NCBI GenBank assembly: GCA_041661045.1
Contig: JBAZVE010000001.1
Span: forward strand, 1,170,001 to 1,202,000
Direction of reading: 5' to 3'
Source: Candidatus Saccharimonadota bacterium
GTDB lineage: Bacteria > Patescibacteriota > Gracilibacteria > UBA1369 > 2-02-FULL-48-14
Length of the DNA stretch: 32,000 bases
Shown here: positions 1 to 8,000 of the stretch, piece after piece
Numbering within the stretch: position 1 is the stretch's first letter
Layout of the letters: each line of letters begins with the position of its first letter
Notes under the pieces: generated by a model
What the model saw: only the letters and a program-made list of their open reading frames with translations
Databases searched by the model: none
What the model was told of the DNA's origin: nothing
Translations under genes and position numbers: made by a program

Positions 1-2
1 AT

Positions 3-1142
3 TTAAAAAAGAAGCTGCGGAGTGGAAAGATTTTGCGCATTAAATTGGGTATTGATCCCACGGGTTTCGATCTGCACCTGGGGCATATGGTGGTCTTGCA
101 CAAGCTCAAGGAATTTCAGGATTTGGGGCATCAAATCATTCTGCTTTTTGGTAATTTTACGGGAAGAATTGGAGATCCCTCCGGAAAGAATGAAACTCGT
201 CCGATGCGCACACAGGAAGAACTTGAAGCCAACGCGAAGGATTATATGGAGCAAGCGGGTAAAATTTTGGATGTGAGCAAGGTGGAAGTGCGTTGGAATG
301 CCGAATGGCTCGCTCCACTCAACTTTGCGGATGTGGTGACTCTGGCTTCGCAGTTTACGGTGGCACAGATGCTCGAACGGGACATGTTCCAGGATCGCAT
401 CAAGGCGAATCAACCGATTTCCGTGCATGAATTCATGTATCCGCTCATGCAGGGCTACGACAGCGTGGCGCTCAAGGCGGATGTGGAGCTGGGTGGAACA
501 GATCAAACTTTTAACCTGCTCGCCGGGCGCACTTTGCAAAAAGCCTACGGCCAGGAGCCTCAAAACATTTTGACCGTGCCCATTTTGATTGGAACGGATG
601 GCAGTATGAAGATGGGCAAAAGCACCGGCAATTACATCGCCGTGGCCGAAACTCCCGAGGATATGTATGGAAAAACCATGTCCATTTCGGATGAGCTCAT
701 TTTGAACTACTTTGAACTCGCCGCCCGTGTGGATGGAGATGAATTGGCGGAATTCAAAAAGCGATTGGAGGAGGGTGAAAACCCCCGCAATCTCAAGATG
801 GAGCTGGCTCATGCCATTGTGGAGCTTTACCACGGCGAAAAGGCCGCCCAAATGGCCGAGGAACACTTTAAAACGGTGCACCAGAAAAGGGAGGTGCCGG
901 AGGAGGTTGAAGAGGTGACTTTAGGAGCCGGCTCCGGCGCAAACGGCGCCTGGAACATTGTGGATTTGATCTCGGAGTTGGGCTTGGCCGAAACAAAGAG
1001 CAAGGCTCGCCAGTTGATCGAAGGTGGGGCCGTGAAGTGGGAAGGCGAAAAAGTAGAGGATGTAAAAATGGAAGTGACTCTGACGGGCGATGGGGCACTT
1101 TTACAGGTTGGAAAGAGGAATTTTAGGAGGGTGAAGAATTAA
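3..1142 (+). CDS. tyrS: Tyrosyl-tRNA synthetase, 5' end outside window
   Basis: Frame stays open to position 3 ([21 protein letters not shown]...). HIGH-type motif HLGH, KMSKS-type motif KMGKS, C-terminal S4-like segment ([17 protein letters not shown]). The TTG at 33 in the ORF track is probably internal. Confidence 0.93.
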   Translation, partial: LKKKLRSGKILRIKLGIDPTGFDLHLGHMVVLHKLKEFQDLGHQIILLFGNFTGRIGDPSGKNETRPMRTQEELEANAKDYMEQAGKILDVSKVEVRWNAEWLAPLNFADVVTLASQFTVAQMLERDMFQDRIKANQPISVHEFMYPLMQGYDSVALKADVELGGTDQTFNLLAGRTLQKAYGQEPQNILTVPILIGTDGSMKMGKSTGNYIAVAETPEDMYGKTMSISDELILNYFELAARVDGDELAEFKKRLEEGENPRNLKMELAHAIVELYHGEKAAQMAEEHFKTVHQKREVPEEVEEVTLGAGSGANGAWNIVDLISELGLAETKSKARQLIEGGAVKWEGEKVEDVKMEVTLTGDGALLQVGKRNFRRVKN

Positions 1143-1150
1143 TTTTTTAT

Positions 1151-1924
1151 ATGAAAGCTACTCGAACCAAAGAAATTAAAAACAGGGTTTTTAAGAAAGA
1201 AAATTTAGAACATTTATGGGATAAGATCCAAAAAAAATCTGTGGGTCTTACGACTAAAAGTGGTCTTACATACCATGTCCAAAGGATCACTATAAATTGT
1301 TTAGATGGAACTACTTATGAAAGTGACAATAATGATCTGTTAAAACCTGGCGAAGTCTTAGACACTAAGTTATGCAAGGCGATTCATATTGAATACCGTG
1401 ATTCTTCGGATGCCTATATTGATTTGAGTTTGCGATGTGGTGCAGAAGATCTTTACTATAATCACATAACTGTACGAGGAGAAAGAGATTGGGTTTCAAG
1501 TACTTTCCAGGAATTGGAGGAACTTATCAATGCTGTTGCACCACAGGATCATTGGTTTATTCGAAGCAAAGTTTTGGTTTTACATCTGGGGGCTTTTATA
1601 TCTGGAGTATTTCTTTTTTGGATTATGTCTGTGACTTGGTTGCCATATGTGCCGAGTCCAGAAGAAACTTCTTTGAGTTTATTCTTAGATAAATATGAGT
1701 TTATCCGTTGGGGTGTTGCCATTTTTTTGACTTGGGCTATGGGTCTAAGCCCTATGTGGTTAGTTCGAAACTTTATTTTGAAGTTGTGGCCTAGTATAGA
1801 ATTTGATTTCGGTCCCGAACATCATAAAATTGTGAAAAAAAGGAGAAATGCTATTACTATGCTTTTTTCCGTTTTAATACTTCCTTTCTTGATTAATATA
1901 CTTTCAGGGCTCTTTTTTGGTTGA
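1151..1924 (+). CDS. Hypothetical protein: about 140-aa soluble N-terminal domain plus three predicted C-terminal TM helices
   Basis: 257-aa ORF with ATG start 8 nt after the tyrS stop. Hydrophobic stretches VLVLHLGAFISGVFLFWIMSVTWL, FIRWGVAIFLTWAMGLSPMWLV and AITMLFSVLILPFLINILSGLFF. No family recognised. Strongly AT-rich compared with neighbours. Confidence 0.7.
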   Translation: MKATRTKEIKNRVFKKENLEHLWDKIQKKSVGLTTKSGLTYHVQRITINCLDGTTYESDNNDLLKPGEVLDTKLCKAIHIEYRDSSDAYIDLSLRCGAEDLYYNHITVRGERDWVSSTFQELEELINAVAPQDHWFIRSKVLVLHLGAFISGVFLFWIMSVTWLPYVPSPEETSLSLFLDKYEFIRWGVAIFLTWAMGLSPMWLVRNFILKLWPSIEFDFGPEHHKIVKKRRNAITMLFSVLILPFLINILSGLFFG

Positions 1925-1939
1925 CTCCAAACTCTTCAG

Positions 1940-2224
1940 TTAAACCCTCTTCCTCGCATCCTCATATACTTCCGAGTCTTTGCGCTTGCCGATTTTGATG
2001 ACGGAGACTACGACTTCGTGCTTGATGATTTTGTAGATCACACGGTAAATATCGACACGGAGACGGTAGTAGCCTTTAAGTTCTTTGCGGAGGGGTTTGC
2101 CAAAGGTGAGAGGGTCGGTCTCGAGTTTTTCTTTGATGGCTCTAAGAATTTTCTCGATTTCGGGTTTATCGAGTTCCTTGAAATCTTTGCTCAACACTTG
2201 TTCGTGTAAAACGATTTTATACAT
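1940..2224 (-). CDS. Type II toxin, RelE/ParE family
   Basis: 94 aa. Contains the RelE/ParE-type block GYYRLRVDIYRVIYKI...VVVSVIKIGKRKD. Lies 9 nt downstream of an antitoxin-like gene on the same strand. Confidence 0.85.
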   Translation of the reverse strand: MYKIVLHEQVLSKDFKELDKPEIEKILRAIKEKLETDPLTFGKPLRKELKGYYRLRVDIYRVIYKIIKHEVVVSVIKIGKRKDSEVYEDARKRV

Positions 2225-2233
2225 CTGCTGAAC

Positions 2234-2518
2234 CTAAAGGGTAATGCCGAGTTTTTTAGCTGCCTCTTCGAGGCTAATGTAATCCTTTTTGGTGCTTTTT
2301 TCATCCCTTTCTTTAGCCATGTAGCCGAGGATAAGATCTTCCAATTCTTCTGTTCGGTCACGGTTCTTTTTGTATTGGTCAAAAGTCATGATCACAGCGA
2401 TGGGCTTTTCTCGTTTCATCACCACCATTTTTTCGTATTGCATGTCTTCCACTTCAGCCATTCTGCTGCGAAGATCGGTGGTTCCGATGAGAGCTGTTTT
2501 ATCGTCGAGTATAAACAT
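2234..2518 (-). CDS. Type II antitoxin, Phd/YefM-like
   Basis: 94 aa. N-terminal pattern (TDLRSRMAEV...KPIAVIMTFDQY...EELEDL) is typical of Phd/YefM antitoxins. Canonical antitoxin-then-toxin order. Confidence 0.72.
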   Translation of the reverse strand: MFILDDKTALIGTTDLRSRMAEVEDMQYEKMVVMKREKPIAVIMTFDQYKKNRDRTEELEDLILGYMAKERDEKSTKKDYISLEEAAKKLGITL

Positions 2519-2526
2519 AATGTATA

Positions 2527-2544
2527 TTTAAATGTTAATTTAAA
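2527..2544. promoter_or_regulatory. Inverted repeat TTTAAAT-N4-ATTTAAA in the leader of the antitoxin gene (candidate operator)
   Basis: Perfect 7-bp arms at 2527-2533 and 2538-2544, between the predicted -10 box and the antitoxin ATG at 2518. Confidence 0.4.
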
Positions 2545-2552
2545 CTAGCCTT

Positions 2553-2581
2553 ATAGTACACCTTTAGATCGATAGAGTCAA
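2553..2581 (-). promoter_or_regulatory. Sigma70-like promoter for the antitoxin-toxin operon
   Basis: Minus strand reads TTGACT (2581-2576), a 17-nt spacer, then TACTAT (2558-2553). This leaves a leader of about 34 nt to the ATG. Confidence 0.5.
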
Positions 2582-2584
2582 TAA

Positions 2585-2629
2585 CTCATGGGTTCAGTTG
2601 GTCACAAAAGGTGACCAACTGAAGATGAG
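2585..2629. repeat. Perfect palindrome A: TTCAGTTGGTCAC-AAAAG-GTGACCAACTGAA
   Basis: 13-bp perfect arms at 2593-2605 and 2611-2623 with a 5-nt loop. Extended by CTCAT/ATGAG (2585-2589 / 2625-2629) across a small bulge. Sits directly upstream of the -35 box of the TA promoter. Confidence 0.9.
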
Positions 2630-2634
2630 CTATC

Positions 2635-2667
2635 CACGAGTCCGTGACATTTTGTCACGGACTCGTG
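2635..2667. repeat. Perfect palindrome B: CACGAGTCCGTGAC-ATTTT-GTCACGGACTCGTG
   Basis: 14-bp perfect arms at 2635-2648 and 2654-2667 with a 5-nt loop. The right arm overlaps the TG of the recG extended -10 element. Confidence 0.9.
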
Positions 2668-2674
2668 CTAGAAT
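2666..2674 (+). promoter_or_regulatory. Extended -10 promoter element (TGcTAGAAT) for recG
   Basis: TG at 2666-2667 and TAGAAT at 2669-2674. Only 12 nt to the recG ATG (2687), with no Shine-Dalgarno sequence in the gap. Confidence 0.45.
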
Positions 2675-2686
2675 GACATCACCTTT

Positions 2687-4729
2687 ATGCTTGATACTCG
2701 ATTGGATGCGCGGATCTTGAAGACGCGGGATAATTATATCTCGTCGTTGAAGGAGATGGGCGTTAAGACGGTGGGGGATTTGCTTTTGTATTTTCCGAGG
2801 GCGTATCGAGATGAACAGGAATTCACCAAGATAAATGAGATGAGAACAGATCAGGTGAATGTGATTCGTGGAACTTTAAAATCTTTACTGAATTTGCCAA
2901 GCAGGGGAGGGAAGGTGCTTACCAAAGCCATTGTGGCGGACGAAACAGGTGAAGTCCCGGTTTTGTGGTTCAATCAGCCGCACATTAAACGGATGTTTTT
3001 TAAAGGTGCGGAAATCATTTTGACCGGCAAATTGAAGTTTGAGCGGGGTAAAATTTTAATGATGAGCCCCAAATATGAAAAACCATCGGCAACTTTGCTG
3101 CACACGGGACGAATTGTGCCGGTGTATCCTGAGAAAGATGAGGTCAGTTCCAAATGGTTGAGGGAAAAAATCTACGGGATGCTGCCGTATGCAAAGTTTT
3201 TTGAGGAGTATATGCCCAAGTGGATTTTGGAGAGCGAAGGGTTGATGGGCTTGGCCGAAGCAATCGCCCAGGTGCATTTTGCCAATGACGATGAACGGCT
3301 CACCGAAGCGCGACGACGATTGGCTTTTGATGAGCTTTTTATGCTTCAAATTTTGGCCGTGAAGCGAAAAGCTTTGTGGCAAAAGGGAACCAAGAGCGAA
3401 AAGCGGCTCGTGGGGGGCATTAATTTGGAGGCCTTTTTGGACTCTTTGCCCTTCAAGTTGACAGGGGCTCAGTTTAGGGTGATAGCGGAAATCTTTGAGG
3501 ACTTTGCAAAAGAGTATCCCATGATGCGTTTGATCCAGGGCGATGTGGGTGCGGGAAAAACGGTGGTCGCGGCAGCCGCTATTTATGCCATGAAGCAAGC
3601 GGGTTATCAGAGTGCCATCATGGCGCCAACGGAAATTTTGGCGCGGCAGCATTTCAAAACTTTGCATCGCTTGCTGGGTCCTTTTGAATTCAATGTTCAA
3701 ATTTTAACGGGTTCCAGCACAGCGGCGGAGAGTGAAACCGTGCTCAGGCAATTGGCCACCGGCACTTGTGATTTGGTGGTGGGCACGCATTCGCTGATTC
3801 AAGAGGGTGTTCAGTTCTCCAAATTGGGTATTGCTGTAGTGGATGAGCAGCATCGATTTGGAGTGAAGCAACGAGCCGTCTTTAAAAATTATGGGACGCC
3901 ACACATGCTCAATCTTTCGGCGACTCCTATTCCGCGCACTCTAGCTTTGGCGCTGTATGGGGATCAGGATCTTTCCACTTTGGACGAATTGCCACCCGGC
4001 CGACAGGAAATCATTACTCGGATTGTGCCCGAAGATAAACGAAAGGATGCGTATTTGTGGATTTCGGATCAAGTGGCGAAGGGCCGCCAAGTTTTTGTGG
4101 TGTGTCCGCTCATTGAAGAGTCCGAAGTTTTGCAAGTGAAGGCCGCAACTTTGGAATATGAGCGACTTAAGGAAACCATTTTTCCACAGCACCGTTTGGC
4201 TTTGCTGCACGGTCGGATGAAGGCGGAGGAAAAAGATTCCACCATGAAAGCCTTTTCTGCGGGTGAAGTTGATATTTTGGTTTCGACTTCCGTGGTGGAA
4301 GTTGGAATTGATGTTCCCAATGCCACCATCATGTTGATTGAGGGTGCGGATCGTTTTGGCTTGGCGCAACTGCATCAGTTTCGGGGAAGGGTTGGGCGAG
4401 GGTCACATCAGTCCTATTGCTTCCTGTTTTCAGATTCACAGTCACCAGATAGCTTGCAAAGATTGCAATATATGGTTAAATTTAATTCGGGCTTTGATTT
4501 GGCGGAAAAAGATCTTGAAACGCGTGGGCCTGGCGAAGTTTATGGCGTGAAGCAAAGTGGTTTACCGGACTTGCGCATGGCCAGCTTCGCCGACAAAGAA
4601 CTTTTGGACCGTGCACGAGCCTGCGCCTTACGACTTGTGGACGAAGATATGGATTTAAGAGCGTATCCGGCCTTGGCTCAAAAAATCGCCAAATTGGAGG
4701 CTCAAATGGAAATCACCGCCGTGTCCTAA
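2687..4729 (+). CDS. recG: ATP-dependent DNA helicase RecG
   Basis: 680 aa. Walker A GDVGAGKT, DEQH box (VVDEQHRFG), helicase motif VI QLHQFRGRVGRG, and an N-terminal wedge-type region. Confidence 0.95.
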   Translation: MLDTRLDARILKTRDNYISSLKEMGVKTVGDLLLYFPRAYRDEQEFTKINEMRTDQVNVIRGTLKSLLNLPSRGGKVLTKAIVADETGEVPVLWFNQPHIKRMFFKGAEIILTGKLKFERGKILMMSPKYEKPSATLLHTGRIVPVYPEKDEVSSKWLREKIYGMLPYAKFFEEYMPKWILESEGLMGLAEAIAQVHFANDDERLTEARRRLAFDELFMLQILAVKRKALWQKGTKSEKRLVGGINLEAFLDSLPFKLTGAQFRVIAEIFEDFAKEYPMMRLIQGDVGAGKTVVAAAAIYAMKQAGYQSAIMAPTEILARQHFKTLHRLLGPFEFNVQILTGSSTAAESETVLRQLATGTCDLVVGTHSLIQEGVQFSKLGIAVVDEQHRFGVKQRAVFKNYGTPHMLNLSATPIPRTLALALYGDQDLSTLDELPPGRQEIITRIVPEDKRKDAYLWISDQVAKGRQVFVVCPLIEESEVLQVKAATLEYERLKETIFPQHRLALLHGRMKAEEKDSTMKAFSAGEVDILVSTSVVEVGIDVPNATIMLIEGADRFGLAQLHQFRGRVGRGSHQSYCFLFSDSQSPDSLQRLQYMVKFNSGFDLAEKDLETRGPGEVYGVKQSGLPDLRMASFADKELLDRARACALRLVDEDMDLRAYPALAQKIAKLEAQMEITAVS

Positions 4730-4768
4730 GTCATTTTCTAAAAAATAACGCGTATAAACGCAAGTTTT

Positions 4769-5002
4769 ATGAGCGAAAGAGTCCTCATCCCATATGAAGA
4801 GCTAGAAGATCGTTTTAAAAGTAAATCGTTGAGGCCGAGTAGAGAGCCCGAAGGAGCTATGGATTTTGATGAATTGAGAATTGCGCAAATTGCGGCCCAG
4901 GATGCTGAAACGAAAGAAATAATAGATGGGGTCTTGAGGAAGACACCCAACTTCTTTGGGGTATTCGAAGCTATCCTGAGTGGTAAGTCTCCTACCATTT
5001 AA
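4769..5002 (+). CDS. Small acidic hypothetical protein (77 aa)
   Basis: ATG-initiated ORF filling the recG / giant-gene spacer. Its sequence looks more protein-like than the antisense 86-aa Ser/Leu-rich ORF. No family recognised. Confidence 0.4.
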   Translation: MSERVLIPYEELEDRFKSKSLRPSREPEGAMDFDELRIAQIAAQDAETKEIIDGVLRKTPNFFGVFEAILSGKSPTI

Positions 5003-5005
5003 CTT

Positions 5006-5025
5006 CGCACAAGATATATTGTGCG
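5006..5025. terminator. Short hairpin between convergent genes (CGCACAA-GATATA-TTGTGCG)
   Basis: 7-bp perfect stem at 5006-5012 and 5019-5025, between the stop at 5002 (+) and the stop at 5042 (-). No clear U-tract. Confidence 0.3.
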
Positions 5026-5041
5026 GGACTATTTCTTAGAC

Positions 5042-8000
5042 TTAAACCTCTTGCATGGGACTCTCTGGGCTTGCCTCCCCCGGTGTGGGCGTATTTGGGG
5101 CTAAGCTTTTCTCAATTTCTTCTAAGAATTGTGCATCTTTATAATTTGCAATTGTAAGTGTCGCAAAGTCAGCAAAGGAGACTTCCTCCCCTTCCGGGGT
5201 CTCAACTTTTTCATCACAAAGGAATTGCCAAATTCTCATCTCTTCATCTCCCTCAACCTGTTCTTGACCCTTTTGTAACTTTTGCATGAGTCGAATGAAT
5301 GGGTCATCAGCCTCTTCACCAAATTTGGCTTTCACAAGCCGTCGAAATAGTTCGAAAGAAGGTATGATTAAGACTTGTTGAGTATAAAGAAGATCCATCT
5401 TTTTAATATCTATCCAAGAACCATCTGAATAGCTTTGGTATACTAAGAGTTCTTTTTCAAGTTCTGCTTTTTTTACCAGTAAATCCTCCTCTTTCTCCTT
5501 TAGAGACTCTTTCTTTTCAAAATCTTCTGTTTCGAGGGCATCCATTTTTGTTTCTGCAATTTCCTTCTCAATGTCCTTAATATCCTCCGTACACTCTTCG
5601 GCGGCTTTGCCCGCGTTATTGATCAAATCTACTAGATCATGCATCCGATGATCTCCATAGGGCCACCATCGTTTTCCTTGTACTACTTCTTTTACAAAAT
5701 CGGGGTGCCAAATGTATTTGGATTGTCGAAGGTAGTCCAAAGGGTCTGTTTCGATATCGATTCCATCACCGTAAAGTCCTGCTGCATCTGCTGTATACAA
5801 TAAGGCTCCAAGTGGACTCATTGTACTGGCTAAATAGTTGCTAATACCTTTAGCTGGTGTGGTCTTAAAAAGCTCATTTCGATTTGGAAAATATTTCTGA
5901 AGCCTTGGGCGACCCCACGCATTCCATGCTGCTTGCCCACCTAAGGAGCTTGCCGTTCCGCCCACCACAAAACCTACTGCTTTCCCAACAGGATGAGGAA
6001 TAGCAGCTGCAGTCAACTTTCCTCCCAATAAAAAGCTGCTTGTCATGCTTGCATTTTCAAGATAAGTGTTCGTCTTGTCTTTTGATTCTTGAAATTCATG
6101 AAGCATATATAAGGTCCCAATAATTCCTGCGGCCTTACTGAGTCTTGCAGCGCTTTTAAATAATTCTGGGTGTTTTATTTTGAATAAAAGTGTTTCCAAA
6201 TCCCTAGCTGTTTTTTCTGGATTTGGCATGGATTCCAGCTCATCCAGAAATTGATCCAGCTGCTGTGGAGAAAATTCAAATTCACGAATACGGAGTGTGA
6301 CCCTCTCGTGCGTTAAGCCTAGTTTCTCAAGGCGTTCTAGTTGTTTTGTACTCACCTTTGCTCCCAACCCTTTTGCAGTGGCTTCTGCATGGGTTTTATA
6401 TTTTGGATTTAGTACCCGATATTTGGGTAGCTTTGGAAGATTTTCCGTAGGATTATCTGTAAGAAATTTCTTTGCTGAGGCATTGAGTGTTCCTCGGTCG
6501 CTTGCGTCTGTTTCTATTCCTTCTTGAGAGATCTGTGCAATATCGTCCGTAAGGCCGGCAGCTTCCAAGAAGGCCTGTCTGGTCTCGAGATACTGTTTCC
6601 CTGATTTAATCATCATTTTGTTTACCCACTTCTCTCCAAAAAGTTTACCGTAGGCTTTGGCAGCGTATTTTCTAACGAAACCGGTTTGTCTTTTTGCAGT
6701 TTGTTCTTTTTTAAAATAGTAATCGTAGCGCTCTGCGAAGTAAGCTGTTTTCTTATGGAGCACATGAATTCTTTCTTGCGGGGATAGAAATGGTTCATTT
6801 GCTTCCGCTGTAAGTTTCCAATATCTGAGATCTTGTGCGGCCTCTGTACCGACGGATAAACTTTTTACCCCTAACTTTGGGAGCAAGAGATAGGAATCTA
6901 AAATTCCTCGTACGGCTCCTCTTGCCGCGGTGCCTGCTATTTGTCCACCTTTGATGTCTCCAGCTTTTATCCCTTTCACTAAGGTCTTGGTGGCGTTGAA
7001 AGCAGCATAAGAACCGGCCCACCAAATTTGTTCTGTTTCGAAGGGAACATCTTTCCACTCTCCTTCTCCAGACATGGCTTCGATTAAATCCTTAAATTGG
7101 CTGCACACAATATCGATGCTACTCAATGGGATGATCATTCCAAGTTTTCCTAAAAAGAGCACCCCATTATATATTCCCATTGACCAGCCATCTTTCGCTG
7201 CTCCGCCTATCATTTCCAGGATTCCATCATCCCAGCTCAAGTCTCCACTCTTCATTCCTTCCCAAGCCGCTTTAACATGTGGTGCTTTTGTAAGCGCTTC
7301 TTCCGCTTCCGGGCTCAAAGGGTCTTCTTGTGTGTCTCCACTGGTTTCTTTTGTATCTTCTTTCTCGGGGTTTCCGAAAACGCCTTCTTTTTCCAGTGCA
7401 TTTAGAATCTCTCCAATACTCATATCCTCTATTCCAGCCCCAATTTTATCTTCATGACGCTTTATGAAAGATTCAAGTTTAACCTCTTCCTTTATGGTTT
7501 CTCCTCCATTATCGAAGCCCACAGCCGGCATATTATCTAGTCCCACGGCCTCTAAAATGGATTGGGCATATCCTTTACCAGTACGACCTACTCCTTTGCG
7601 AAAGTTTGAAAAGTCTCTCCACTTCACATCTTTGAGATCTATTAGCGTTCGCTCAGAAATATCGAGTTGCTTGGCGGCTTTTTTTATTCCTGGTTCCCTG
7701 GAACTAAAAGAGAGAGAGTCCACACCCTTACCTGCCAGAAGATCATTTATGGCGTCTTGGGATACATCTAGTCCCAAATAATCTGCAGACCACTTCCCTA
7801 TATGTTCAGATCCCACTAAAACTCCAAGCCCTAGGGTTGTGAGTATGGATCCAAAAACTAGGTTTTTATTTTCTTCTTTGCCTTCTTCTTCCTTGAAGTA
7901 GTTCCAAAAGAAATAGGCAGCTCCTGCGGCTGCTGCCAGCATGAGGCCGCCTTTAACCGCTGGGGACATCCATTTTGTTTCATCAGACTCTTCGTGTTTC

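Noticed and set aside
3-881. 292-aa minus-strand ORF covering most of tyrS
   Set aside because: It is antisense to a confidently identified tyrS. The product is low-complexity and His/Leu/Phe-rich with no recognisable motifs, so it is a typical shadow ORF.
3056-4375. Minus-strand ORFs (214, 66, 144 and 87 aa) inside recG
   Set aside because: They are shadow ORFs antisense to recG, with no motifs and no independent start context.
4738-4998. 86-aa minus-strand ORF downstream of the giant gene
   Set aside because: The Ser/Leu-rich, low-complexity product mirrors the acidic plus-strand ORF at 4769-5002, so the plus-strand ORF is favoured. This is not fully excluded; see the related finding.
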